A stretch of 64,000 nucleotides of DNA from Candidatus Multivorans sp. (GCA_965224025.1 OZ245033.1:1696001-1760000), one strand, 5' to 3'. Positions 39,328 through 49,235 are shown, counted from the first letter of the stretch. Program-made: numbers and translations. Notes: generated by a model not told the origin, from the sequence alone.

Positions 39328-40263
39328 TCAAACCGTCTCCGGCCGCGCAATGGGCGAATCCAGCATCGCCCCGGGGTCTTCTGCCGTCCACAGAGACGCC
39401 GGCCGACCACCGCGCCGGTCAGGTGAAGCCAGAGCCAGTCGCCGACCGCGAGAATGTCGGGCCAGGGCTTCTTCGGACGGTTCTTTCACAGACCAGTCCA
39501 ACAGACGCGGCGCCGAAGCGGCCTGGGGAGCCCTCCGTCCGACGCCGGAAATGGCCTCGGCCAGCATGTGGTCGTCGGAATCGAGCGAACTAGCCGACGC
39601 TCTGGCGCCTATGCCGGCCTCCTCGAACTCGTGGGGGTCCACGACACGAAAGGCGCCGTTGTAGCGCACCTTGCGCTGGAAGTTCCCCGCATCCAGCTTC
39701 GTGCTCCAGACCACTTCGTACACCTCGCGCAGTTCGCTGATCGTGAACGCGGGCCCACAGAACCTCACCCCGACAGCCGTGTACTCCAGCTTGGCCCGCA
39801 GGCGGTCCACCGCGTCCTGGACGATCTGCCGATGATCGAAGGCCAGTTCGATGTGACCGTCCTCGATACGCGCCAGCGGCAGCAATTCAGCCCGAACTGC
39901 ATCGCTCCCTCCCCTCGGTTGCGGCAGTTGCGCGCAGGCAGCCCAGTACGCGACCGAAATCACGCGCATCCGCGGATCCCGACCGGCGGCGCCATAGGTG
40001 GCGAGCTGTTCGAGATAGGCCGCGCCCGGGCCGATACCGGTTTCCTCCTCCAACTCCCGTGCTGCCGCGTGATCCAGATCCGGGTCATCCGGCTGAACAA
40101 AGCCGCCCGGCAGAGCCCACGAGCCGCGGAACGGTTCGACCCCCCGCTCGATCAGCAGGACCTGGAGAACGCCGTCCTGGATCGCGAACAGAACCACGTC
40201 GACCGTGACGCCCACGGGGGGAAAGCCGCGCGGGTCGTAGCCGGAGGGAACGCCAGGGTTCAT
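39328..40263 (-). CDS. nrtR: NrtR-family Nudix/winged-HTH transcriptional regulator
   Basis: VTVDVVLF, WALPGGFV, AARELEEETG, YLEQL, RDPRMRVISVAY, LAFDH, FTISELREVYE, NFQRK, GGRPASLW. Confidence 0.88.
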   Translation of the reverse strand: MNPGVPSGYDPRGFPPVGVTVDVVLFAIQDGVLQVLLIERGVEPFRGSWALPGGFVQPDDPDLDHAAARELEEETGIGPGAAYLEQLATYGAAGRDPRMRVISVAYWAACAQLPQPRGGSDAVRAELLPLARIEDGHIELAFDHRQIVQDAVDRLRAKLEYTAVGVRFCGPAFTISELREVYEVVWSTKLDAGNFQRKVRYNGAFRVVDPHEFEEAGIGARASASSLDSDDHMLAEAISGVGRRAPQAASAPRLLDWSVKEPSEEALARHSRGRRLALASPDRRGGRPASLWTAEDPGAMLDSPIARPETV

Positions 40264-40326
40264 CTCCGTTTCAGTGTAGCCGCCGTCCGCACGGTCGAGT
40301 TCCTGCCGCCACCGAGGTTCCTGTGG

Positions 40327-40372
40327 TTATTGACGTTGAAACAATATCCTGTTATTGTCTATGCCACAATAA
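40327..40372. promoter_or_regulatory. Two 21-bp NrtR-type palindromic operators (40327-40347, 40352-40372) overlapping a sigma70 promoter TTGACG-N17-TATTGT
   Basis: ttattGAcgttgaaACaatat and ttattGTctatgccACaataa fit the GT-N7-AC NrtR core with AT-rich arms; -35 at 40330-40335, -10 at 40353-40358. Confidence 0.8.
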
Positions 40373-40389
40373 CACTCGGAGGGCCTCCT

Positions 40390-41298
40390 ATGGATTCTCA
40401 TCGCACAGTCCCCAACCTCGAGATCGCCGCCGTCGGCAACCCGCTCACCCGTCTCGGCGTCTCGTTCTTTCCCATCTACCTGCCGGCCAACGACCTCCCC
40501 GAGATCGCCAGCGGAGACTCGGCGAAATGCGAGATCGACGAGCTCGACGACGCGACAGTGCCGTCGCTCTCCGTCCACAACCGCGGCGAAACAGCCGCCC
40601 TCCTCGTTGAGGGCGAGCACTTCCTGGGCGGCAAGCAGAACCGGATGGTCAACGTCACCGTCCTCGTTCCCGCCGCAACCAAGCTGGAAATCCCCGTTTC
40701 CTGCCTCGAGCAGGGCCGCTGGGGACGAGCCCGGTCATACCGGAGGGCCCGGACCTTCACCCCTGCCCGCGTTCGCTCGCTAAACCAGAGGCACGTTCAC
40801 GCCTCGATGCGTGCTGCAGGCTCCAGACGCGGCAACCAGGGCGCCATCTGGGACGGCGTGGACAACCTCCTGCGAGACCAGGGCACACGTTCCGAGACGT
40901 CGGCTGCGGCAGACGTCGACGCTGTCTACACACGAGACCGTACGCGCTCCGACGTGGTGGAAGAACTCACCCGCATGGGATCTTTGCCCGGCCAATGCGG
41001 GGTCGCCGTCTCGCACGGTCGGTGGGTGACCGCGATCGAATTGTTCGGAGCGCCGCACCTGCTCCAGGCCCACTGGAGCGGGATCGTTCGCTCGCACATG
41101 GTCGAGTCCGCAAGGCCCCAAGGGCGTCCGTCTCCGTCCGCCGTGCTCTCCATACTCCGACGCTTTGCGACTCTGCCTGTGGACAGAACCGAGGGAGTCG
41201 GTCTGGGAGTCGAGTGCCGAGGCGAGGACCGGTGGATCACGGGCCAGGCGCTGACACTGGACGAGTCCTTCGTCCACGGTACTGCGTTCGCCAACTAG
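40390..41298 (+). CDS. ARPP-1 / DUF6569-family protein
   Basis: VPSLSVHNRG..LLVEGEHFLGGKQNRMVN..IPVSCLEQGRW, QGAIW, IELFG; ATG behind GGAGG. Confidence 0.8.
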   Translation: MDSHRTVPNLEIAAVGNPLTRLGVSFFPIYLPANDLPEIASGDSAKCEIDELDDATVPSLSVHNRGETAALLVEGEHFLGGKQNRMVNVTVLVPAATKLEIPVSCLEQGRWGRARSYRRARTFTPARVRSLNQRHVHASMRAAGSRRGNQGAIWDGVDNLLRDQGTRSETSAAADVDAVYTRDRTRSDVVEELTRMGSLPGQCGVAVSHGRWVTAIELFGAPHLLQAHWSGIVRSHMVESARPQGRPSPSAVLSILRRFATLPVDRTEGVGLGVECRGEDRWITGQALTLDESFVHGTAFAN

Positions 41299-41441
41299 AG
41301 CCACCACCCCGGATGCCCCAAGTGCGGGCGAGGCGCCGGCGTGCCCCGGACCGAACCGGTGGCTTCGTCCTTCCGCAAGGCTCCTGGGAGCTACAATCGG
41401 GGGCCGCCTCGGGGCAAGCTTCCGATCCAGGGAGGAGATTC

Positions 41442-42911
41442 ATGTCCGCGATCACCCGCCGCGTATTCCTCGGCTCCGCCGCTGCCGCCGCCACCACCAC
41501 TCTGGGATGCCGTGCCTCGGCCGGCACCGCCCCAGCGGCGAGCCCGAACGAGGCTCTGCGCGTCGCCGTCGTCGGCTTGCGCGGGCGTGGCAACGACCAC
41601 CTGAACCAGTTCGCCAAGCTGCCCGGCGTCGAGGTCGCCGCGCTCTGCGACGTTGACCGCAACGTGCTCGAAGCGGCCAAGGCGAAGGCTGTCGAGTTGG
41701 GCGCGGACCCGATGACGATCGTCGACTACCGGGAGCTCCTGGAGCGAGACGACATCGACGCGGTGTCCATCGCCACGCCGAACCACTGGCACGCGCTGCA
41801 GGCGGTGTGGGCGTGCCAGGCCGGCAAGGACGTCTACCTGGAGAAGCCGGTCTCCCACAACGTCTGGGAGGGTCGCCAGATCGTTCACGCGGCGAAGAAG
41901 TACGACCGGATCGTGCAGACCGGCACCCAGATCCGTTCGTCACCGTCGATCCAGGACGCCCTGGCCTGGGTCAACGAAGGCCATCTGGGGGAAATCCAGC
42001 TCGCGCGCGGCCTCTGCTACAAGCCCCGCCAGAGCATCGGTCGGGTCGAAGGCGCCCAGCAGGTCGATGCCGCCGTCGACTACGACCTGTGGTGCGGCCC
42101 GGCACCGAAGAAGCCGCTGATGCGGGAGCGTCTGCACTACGACTGGCACTGGGTGTTCGACACCGGCAACGGCGACCTCGGCAACCAGGGCATCCACCAG
42201 ATGGACATCGCACGCTGGGCGCTGGGCGAGGACGCGCTGCCGCCCCGCACGGTCAGCGTCGGCGGGCGGTTCGGCTATGTCGACGACGGCAACACCCCGA
42301 ACACCCAGTTCGTGTACCACGACTACGAGCGCGCGCCCCTGCTGTTCGAGGTCCGCGGCCTGCCCCGCGATCTCAAGGCGCAGGAGGACGAGTGGCGGCG
42401 ACGGGGAATGGACGAGTACCTCGGAGCGCAGATCGGCGTCATCGTCCACTGCGAGGGCGGTCACCTGCAGATCCCGAGCTACACGGAAGCCGCCGCGTTC
42501 GACGCGAAGGGCAAGAAGCTCGAGAAGTGGGAGGGCGGCGCCAACCACTACGCGAACTTCGTCGACGCCGTGCGCAGCCGCCGCAGCGAGGATCTGACAG
42601 CCTCGATCGAGAACGGCCACCTGTCGAGCGCCCTCTGCCACCTCGGCAACGTGTCCTACATGCGGGGCGAGGCCGGCGGACCCGCGAAGATCGCCAAGGT
42701 CGCCGGGAAGCTCCGCAACGCCGGCGACACCGCCGATCGCTTCCTCGACCACCTGGTCAGGAACGGCGTCGATCCCGAGATCGAGCAGCCGATCGTCGGC
42801 TCGTGGCTCACGATCGATCCGGATTCCGAGACGATCGAAGGCGACGACGAGGCCAACCGGTCGCTCACCCGCGAGTACCGCGAGCCGTTCGTGGTTCCCG
42901 AAGTCGTCTGA
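41442..42911 (+). CDS. Tat-exported Gfo/Idh/MocA oxidoreductase
   Basis: TRRVFLG, VVGLRGRG, ATPNHWH, YLEKPVSH, NQGIHQMD. Confidence 0.92.
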   Translation: MSAITRRVFLGSAAAAATTTLGCRASAGTAPAASPNEALRVAVVGLRGRGNDHLNQFAKLPGVEVAALCDVDRNVLEAAKAKAVELGADPMTIVDYRELLERDDIDAVSIATPNHWHALQAVWACQAGKDVYLEKPVSHNVWEGRQIVHAAKKYDRIVQTGTQIRSSPSIQDALAWVNEGHLGEIQLARGLCYKPRQSIGRVEGAQQVDAAVDYDLWCGPAPKKPLMRERLHYDWHWVFDTGNGDLGNQGIHQMDIARWALGEDALPPRTVSVGGRFGYVDDGNTPNTQFVYHDYERAPLLFEVRGLPRDLKAQEDEWRRRGMDEYLGAQIGVIVHCEGGHLQIPSYTEAAAFDAKGKKLEKWEGGANHYANFVDAVRSRRSEDLTASIENGHLSSALCHLGNVSYMRGEAGGPAKIAKVAGKLRNAGDTADRFLDHLVRNGVDPEIEQPIVGSWLTIDPDSETIEGDDEANRSLTREYREPFVVPEVV

Positions 42912-43747
42912 TGGGCGTTCTTCGCACGGCCCCGAAGCACCGCCCCACTGGGTGCGCCGGACAGCCATCCGTGCGCCCGATGACGGGCACACGGACTGGT
43001 TCACGGGTGGCGCGGATCCGCGCCACCCGGGTTCTGGCCGGAATCCGGCGCAAAGCGCCGGTCTGGTTCAATGCGGCCATGCTCTTCGTCAGCGTCGCCG
43101 CCTCCCTCCACGCCCAGTCCGGTGTTCCGGACGGCTACGAACTGGTCTACTCCCAGAACTTCACCGACGCGTCGGCACTCGACGACTTCACCTTCAGCGA
43201 CAAGCGGGCGTGGAGCCACGGCGACGAGGGCGGACGCGGCTACCTCGACCTGGAAGGCGGCAGCAAGTACAAGCCGAAGCACCGCTCCCCGCTCAACATC
43301 GCCCTCATCGACGATCTCCTGCTGGCCGACTTCGTCCTCGAGGCCGAGGCCTGGCAGACCGGCCGCGAGTACGGCCACCGGGATCTCAGCCTCTTCTTCG
43401 GATTCGAGGGGCTCAACCGCTACTACTACGCCCACCTGGCCACCCAGCCCGACGACCGCGCCCACAACATCTTCCTCGTCGACAACGCGGACCGCGCGCC
43501 CATGGGCCTAATCCCCGACCAGGGCGTCGATTGGGGCCGCGGCTGGAAGAGGGTGCGCGTCGAGCGCCAGGACGGCGCGTTGCGGGTCTACTTCGACGGC
43601 GAGAAGCAACCGACGGTCTCTACCGATCGCGACCCGCTCGGCTGGGGCCGCGTCGGCTTCGGCTCGTTCGACGACACCGGCCGCTTCAGCAAGGTCCGGA
43701 TCTGGGCGCCGGAGACGCGGAAGGCAGCGATGTCGGCGTTCGAGTAG
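42911..43747 (+). CDS. Secreted lectin/concanavalin-fold protein (DUF1080-like); true start may be further downstream (43079)
   Basis: DFVLEAEAWQTGREYGHRDL, YYYAHL, WKRVRVER, GRVGFGSFDD; hydrophobic segment ending LHA-Q. Confidence 0.6.
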   Translation: MGVLRTAPKHRPTGCAGQPSVRPMTGTRTGSRVARIRATRVLAGIRRKAPVWFNAAMLFVSVAASLHAQSGVPDGYELVYSQNFTDASALDDFTFSDKRAWSHGDEGGRGYLDLEGGSKYKPKHRSPLNIALIDDLLLADFVLEAEAWQTGREYGHRDLSLFFGFEGLNRYYYAHLATQPDDRAHNIFLVDNADRAPMGLIPDQGVDWGRGWKRVRVERQDGALRVYFDGEKQPTVSTDRDPLGWGRVGFGSFDDTGRFSKVRIWAPETRKAAMSAFE

Positions 43748-43779
43748 GCACGCGCCTAGCCGAGCCCGCTCCGGCAGCG

Positions 43780-44350
43780 CTAACTCCCCAGGAACCCGAA
43801 CACCGCGATCAGGAGCGCGACGAAGGCAAAGAGAAGGAGCACAAGCCACCGCTGGGTCTTCATGGAGGCCGAGAGTTCGTGCACATCTCTGGACAGGCTC
43901 GCCACATTCGCACTCAGCGAACTGAGAGTCGTCAGGACCTCCGAGAAGGGCCATGCCGCCCGAGCCCTCGGTCCTCGGCGCCGAGCCTCATCTTTCCCTG
44001 AAACGGACCGTCGTAGGGTTTCTCGGTCGGTTCGACGAGTTGGTGGAACTCGACTGAAACGAGATCGTCGTCGTACGACAGAGTGATGGCCTTGGGCGTC
44101 AGGTTCGTGAGTCCGAGTATCAACCGACCGTGGAACCCCGGGTCGATCTGCGGTCCTGTCGTCGCGATGAGTCCCTTGCGGGCGTACTTCGACCGCAGCC
44201 CGAAGCGGCCGACATGCTGCGGCCCCAGCGCGATCTCCTCGCGGACAGTGACCACCGCGAAGTCGCCCGGCTCGACCGACAGGTAACCGGTGGAGCGAAG
44301 GTCCATCACCTTCTTCGTGCTGGTCGTCGCGCCCTGTGCGCCGACCCGGT
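43780..44350 (-). pseudogene. dCTP deaminase/dUTPase-fold protein with C-terminal coiled coil and TM helix; 5'-truncated and frameshifted
   Basis: GRFGLRSKYARKGL..GPQIDPGFHGRL..LTNL..KPYDGPFQG, then frame changes near 43950-43975 to FSEVLTTLSSLSANV...WLVLLLFAFVALLIAVFGF. Confidence 0.7.
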
Positions 44351-44459
44351 GTGCCCCTACGGAAAGGGCAAGATTCTGAGACAACTCTCCGATTCCCGGG
44401 TCCAGACTCACGCACCCCAAGGCACTTGCTGTTCCGGCCCTGTGAGCGGTTTCCGGCCA

Positions 44460-47400
44460 CTACACCAGCCGCAACTGCCCGTCAACCAGCAACAACCGCC
44501 CCTCGACCACGAGGCGCTCAGCGTTCTTCGCCACACACTTTCGCATATCGGCACTCGTCGACTTGAATCCGAACGCACGTGCGACTTCCCTCGCACAGTC
44601 CGACACGCTGATCACTACGTTCCGTTCGACCGTCTGCAGCACCGCTGCCTGGACCTCCAGCGGAGGCAGCAGGCCGACCCGACGCAGCGTTCTCGAAGAG
44701 ACGTTGCTGCGATCGCGAACCTCCACTTCGCCGCCGCTTACGGCTCTGAGAAAGCGGCCCGAGCCATGATGGCGTTGACTCAGTTGCCCTGCCCTGAGCG
44801 CTACGTCGAGCGCCTGCTGCACAAGCGCTTGAATACGCCTTCCGGCTTGCTTGTACCCCCAGAGACGGCTCAACCGGCGGCCGACCTCGTCGACGTGGAC
44901 GGGCCCCTCGATCTCGACGATGCGCACCACATACTCGGCAACGCTCGCCGCGTCCAGTTCGTGCAACTCGTGGTCACGGTCGGGCCAGTCGATCGAGAAC
45001 GAAGCCTCACGGTAGGGAACTCGCTCGAAGCCGGGTTCGCGGGACCGAGTTCCTCGCGGAACAGCGACGCTCTCCGGCTCTTCGACCCGGCCCTGTACTT
45101 GAAGACTCGGCTCAGGCACCTCCTCAACCGCATGCCGACCACGGCTCGATCGGGCCCCTTCGATGGCGTCGAGCAGCTTCGACACCTCGCCCGGCGGGTC
45201 GTAGAACCAGTCGGTGCTCCAGATTCGATGGAACCGCCATCCTTTCTGCTCGAGCACAGCCTGCCGGAGGCGGTCCCGTTCGCGCGCCCAACTCGACGAG
45301 TGGTAACGGGCGCCATCGCATTCGACTGCAAGCAGGAACCGTTCCTCGTCATCGGGATCCCGGACTGCCAAATCGATCCGGAAACCCGCCGAACCGACCT
45401 GCGGTACGACCGAGAAGCCATGTCTCTCCAGCGCCTTGGCAACGGCCTCCTCAAACGGGCTGTCCGCCTCTGCCCCGGTCGGAACGGGAACATCGAGTTC
45501 TTCCGTCTCCGCGAACTTCAGGAAACGCTTCAAGACCCTTGGCCCGTCTTGCCTGGCCGCGTCGAGACGTATGTCGCCATGGCGAATCGAAGAGAAGACA
45601 CGGCAGGTCTGCCGGGCCCGCGTGAAGAGAACATTCAACCTCCGTTCGCCTCCGCGGATCGAGACGGGACCGAAGCTCTGCGCCATGTAGCCGTTGGCGT
45701 CTCTACCGTAGCCGATCGAGATGAAGATGACGTCCCTCTCGTCGCCCTGCACGGTCTCGAGGTTCTTCACGAAGAAGGGCTCGTGGCTGCCCTCTCGACA
45801 GAAGGTGTCGAGTTCGCGGTGCTTCGTCCGCATGTACTCGATCAGGTCCCGGATCGTGTCTCGTTGAGCCACCGAGAGGGCCACCACACCGAGCGTTCGT
45901 CCGGGTTCTTCCCGGGCGTGGCGGAGCACAGCTTGGACAACAGCCTCCGCTTCCTTCTCGTTGTTTCGCCTGCGTCCGCGAGCGTACTCGCCATCGACGC
46001 CGACCAACGACAGCCCGAAATCGCTTCCCGGACGACTGCTTGGACTCGGAGGACAAACAAGACGGTCGCCGTAGAACTCGTGGTTAGAGACTTTGATCAG
46101 GGATGGGTGCATCGAGCGGTAGTGCCACTTCAGCATCCGGCTACCCATCGCCCGCGACTCGCAAAGCGAGAGGATGCTCTCCATCTCCCCAAGCTGCATT
46201 GCCTGAACATCCGCTTCGTCGTCGTACTCGACCTCCTCGTCACCGCTCAACTGCCTGTCGAAGAACGATGTGGGCGGCAACTGTTTCTGATCTCCAACGA
46301 CCACGACCTGACGGGCGCGCATGATCGCGCCCATCGCGTCGGCCGGCCGAACCTGGCTCGCCTCGTCGATCAGGAGCAGATCGAACGCCAGCCGGCCCGG
46401 GCTAAGGAACTGAGCGACCGACAATGGGCTCATCAGGAACACTGGCTTGATCGCTGCCACAGCTTCGCCCGCGGTGTCCAGAAGACGACGGAGCCGCATG
46501 TGGCGCTTCTTCTTGTTGCACTCACCGCGCACGATCCCGACCTGCCCGGCTGATCCGAGCGGCAAATCAGCGAAGTGCCTGAGCGCCACCTCTTGGGCCG
46601 CGAGGCGTTGGAGCCGCAGGTCAAGTTCCTTGAACCTCTCCACCATCGCGGAGCGCTTCGCTCCGTCGATCCGTGCCAGCTCCGGCGTTTCGTTCAGCAT
46701 CCGTTCCCAGATCGCCACGGCGCGAACAAACTCGAGAGCCGCCACTGCGGTGTCCGGATCGAGCCTGCCTTCGGCCAAGCGTTCCCGAAGGGCATCCAAT
46801 CCGAGATCGGCGGTTCGCCTTCCCGCTACTCCGAGCCAGTAGCCCGCATCGCAGGATTCCATGTTGGTCAACCACGCCTCGAAGCGCTCCTCGAGACGAC
46901 CCCAATCGACGTCCCAGACGCTCGGCGTCCCGAACGCGGTCGCGACATCAAGGTCGAGCGATTCCGCAACCTCATCCCAGACGCCAGTCCATTCATCCGC
47001 GTCGACTCGGAGCCCGCGCGCTACCGCCGCGCAGTCCAGTCCGGCCGGTACGACCTCGGACCACGCTCTGACCGGGCCCTCCGATCCCAAGGCCTTGGCG
47101 TTCTCGGCGATCCACTCAAGCGCAGGCACGAGTCGCGTGAGTTCCGTGTCCTCGCCGCGCCAGACAGCACCCAACGCTTCCCTGCCCAGAACCGCGTCGC
47201 ACTCGAATGCGCGTCTTCGCGCTGCGTGATCAAGCAGCCGGTCCAGTAACGCAAGTCGCTCGCCAAGGTCCTTGGGCATGCGATCCCGGCAGACTGCCCG
47301 CAAACGGCCGACGGCTTCACGGTAGGGGCGTCGCAGCCACCGGAACAGGGACTCGCCGTGTGCCGCCATCTCCAACCGCGCCTCTACCCACTCTGTTTCC

Positions 47401-49235
47401 AAGGCAACTTCGGCGACTTCTGCGAGTAACTCCTCCCGCGCACCTCGCAGGGAGGCCAAGTCCCTACACAACACCAGCAGCGATGTCGCACGCTCCAGAA
47501 CGCCGCCCTCCCTCAGGATCTTCGGCCCCAAGTCCGGGGCAGTCGCAAAGGTGTCCAGACGTTCCATCGTGGGAGCGACCGCTGACTGCCGACTAGCGTC
47601 CTCGACGACAACCGCTTGCGCAGCTCTCGCCAAGGAACTCCGCACGGCAGGGAGCCGCCGCAACGCTTCTCGGATGCGCTGTGCGAGCAACTCCCGGTCG
47701 AGATACGAGAGCCTCCGGCGCACACCGCGCCAAGGGTGCTCGCGTTCGCTTCCATTCTCCGCAGTCAGCTTTGCGAGTTCCAGCACTGCCCCCAACCGCG
47801 ACTCAAACTCCTTCGAGGACCAACGATCCGCGCCCTCGATGCGGAAGTCCGGTCTCGAATGGCCGCCCTCGATGAGCTTGGAAAGCGTGCCGATGGCCAG
47901 ATACGGCGTCTCCCCCGAAGTCGGGTCGACCCGATGAAGGAGGGCTGACAGCCGGCTCAGTTCATCTCGCACGCTACGCACCCTCTGGTACTGCTGACGG
48001 TCGACTCCCGTTGGCGGCCCCAGTGCCAGCAGCGTCTCCTTGAGGTCCTTGTAGACGTGGCCGCGAACAGCCTTGTGCGAATGCAGTTCCAGACAAAGCG
48101 GTCCCAGACCGCACTTCTCGAGCCGGGAGTGGACCACGTCGAGAGCAGCCCGCTTCTCGGCCACGAACAGCACCCGCTTCCCGTCGCGAGCTGCCACCGC
48201 GATGATGTTCGCGATCGTCTGAGACTTTCCCGTGCCGGGCGGCCCCTGAACGACCAAGTTCCTGCCTTCTCGAACTGCGGCGATCACTCGCGTCTGTGAC
48301 GCGTCGGCATCTAGGATCTGTCCCAACTCCGCCGGATCGGCAAAAAGCTCATCCAGGTTCTCCTCCTGTATGGAGGCCCCGGAATGGTCGTCTTCCTTCC
48401 TGAATCCGTCGAGTAGCAACTTCTCGGCCAGAGAACTGCCGGCCAAACCACCTTCGTGGTCCGGGGCAAGGTCTCGCCACATGAGGAACTTGGCGAAGGA
48501 GTAGAAACCCAGCACGATCGTGTTCGCGTGGACGCTCCAACGCCGCTGGGACGACACGGCCTTCCGTGCCTGCCCAAAGTACTCGGAAGGCAACCAGTTG
48601 TCCGTCTCCGCGAACTCGGGCAGCTTCAACCCGAAGTCGTTTGCCAGCATGGCGCCGAGCGAGAGATTCGGTTCCAGATCCTCATCGCGGTAGACAAGCC
48701 GGAAACGGGCGCGAGCGCTGTCACGTTCCAAGTCCACGGGAATCAGGATGAGTGGCGCGAAGCGTTCGACATCCGACGAATCGCTCTCATACCAGCTCAG
48801 GAACCCCAATGCGAGAAAGAGCACGCTTACGCCCTGCTCTTCCTCCATCGTCCGAGCGTCTCGATACAGGGCCAGGAGACGCTTTTGGAGGCCCTCGGCC
48901 GTCAAAGGTGTCTGGAGTTTGCGGTCCAGATGCCGCGCCCGAGGCGCCGTCGAGGAATCTCCATAGTCGGGGAGGAACGGAAGGTGGGATCTGTCCGGTT
49001 CTTGATCGAGCGGTGCCGTACCGCTCGCGCCGAACGTCATCTTCTTCCGTTCCAAGTAGAGGGTTCGGAAGACCTGGTCGGAGAGCTCGTCCTCGATCTC
49101 AAGCTGTTTGACTCGGCGCTTACCGATCGGCGTGTTGATCAGACGGTTACGCTTGCTGACATCGAGGAGTTGCCGCCGGAGCACTTCGATTGCAGTTTCC
49201 AGCCCTGGAGCGGAGCGACTACTCTGCTTGGCCAT
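44460..49235 (-). CDS. DUF4011 - SF1 helicase - Vsr/MTES_1575 endonuclease - DUF3320 protein (Hhe-like anti-phage candidate)
   Basis: LLDVSKRNRLIN, EEQGVSVLFLALGFL, QGPPGTGKSQTI, DEASQ, GDQKQLPP, WHYRS, VQGDERD, RRLNV, SPFEE, VECDGARYHS..RDRLRQ..RIWSTDW. Confidence 0.88.
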   Translation of the reverse strand: MAKQSSRSAPGLETAIEVLRRQLLDVSKRNRLINTPIGKRRVKQLEIEDELSDQVFRTLYLERKKMTFGASGTAPLDQEPDRSHLPFLPDYGDSSTAPRARHLDRKLQTPLTAEGLQKRLLALYRDARTMEEEQGVSVLFLALGFLSWYESDSSDVERFAPLILIPVDLERDSARARFRLVYRDEDLEPNLSLGAMLANDFGLKLPEFAETDNWLPSEYFGQARKAVSSQRRWSVHANTIVLGFYSFAKFLMWRDLAPDHEGGLAGSSLAEKLLLDGFRKEDDHSGASIQEENLDELFADPAELGQILDADASQTRVIAAVREGRNLVVQGPPGTGKSQTIANIIAVAARDGKRVLFVAEKRAALDVVHSRLEKCGLGPLCLELHSHKAVRGHVYKDLKETLLALGPPTGVDRQQYQRVRSVRDELSRLSALLHRVDPTSGETPYLAIGTLSKLIEGGHSRPDFRIEGADRWSSKEFESRLGAVLELAKLTAENGSEREHPWRGVRRRLSYLDRELLAQRIREALRRLPAVRSSLARAAQAVVVEDASRQSAVAPTMERLDTFATAPDLGPKILREGGVLERATSLLVLCRDLASLRGAREELLAEVAEVALETEWVEARLEMAAHGESLFRWLRRPYREAVGRLRAVCRDRMPKDLGERLALLDRLLDHAARRRAFECDAVLGREALGAVWRGEDTELTRLVPALEWIAENAKALGSEGPVRAWSEVVPAGLDCAAVARGLRVDADEWTGVWDEVAESLDLDVATAFGTPSVWDVDWGRLEERFEAWLTNMESCDAGYWLGVAGRRTADLGLDALRERLAEGRLDPDTAVAALEFVRAVAIWERMLNETPELARIDGAKRSAMVERFKELDLRLQRLAAQEVALRHFADLPLGSAGQVGIVRGECNKKKRHMRLRRLLDTAGEAVAAIKPVFLMSPLSVAQFLSPGRLAFDLLLIDEASQVRPADAMGAIMRARQVVVVGDQKQLPPTSFFDRQLSGDEEVEYDDEADVQAMQLGEMESILSLCESRAMGSRMLKWHYRSMHPSLIKVSNHEFYGDRLVCPPSPSSRPGSDFGLSLVGVDGEYARGRRRNNEKEAEAVVQAVLRHAREEPGRTLGVVALSVAQRDTIRDLIEYMRTKHRELDTFCREGSHEPFFVKNLETVQGDERDVIFISIGYGRDANGYMAQSFGPVSIRGGERRLNVLFTRARQTCRVFSSIRHGDIRLDAARQDGPRVLKRFLKFAETEELDVPVPTGAEADSPFEEAVAKALERHGFSVVPQVGSAGFRIDLAVRDPDDEERFLLAVECDGARYHSSSWARERDRLRQAVLEQKGWRFHRIWSTDWFYDPPGEVSKLLDAIEGARSSRGRHAVEEVPEPSLQVQGRVEEPESVAVPRGTRSREPGFERVPYREASFSIDWPDRDHELHELDAASVAEYVVRIVEIEGPVHVDEVGRRLSRLWGYKQAGRRIQALVQQALDVALRAGQLSQRHHGSGRFLRAVSGGEVEVRDRSNVSSRTLRRVGLLPPLEVQAAVLQTVERNVVISVSDCAREVARAFGFKSTSADMRKCVAKNAERLVVEGRLLLVDGQLRLV

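Noticed and set aside
44130-46553. 807-aa + strand ORF
   Set aside because: Antisense to the motif-rich helicase gene; no domain signal.
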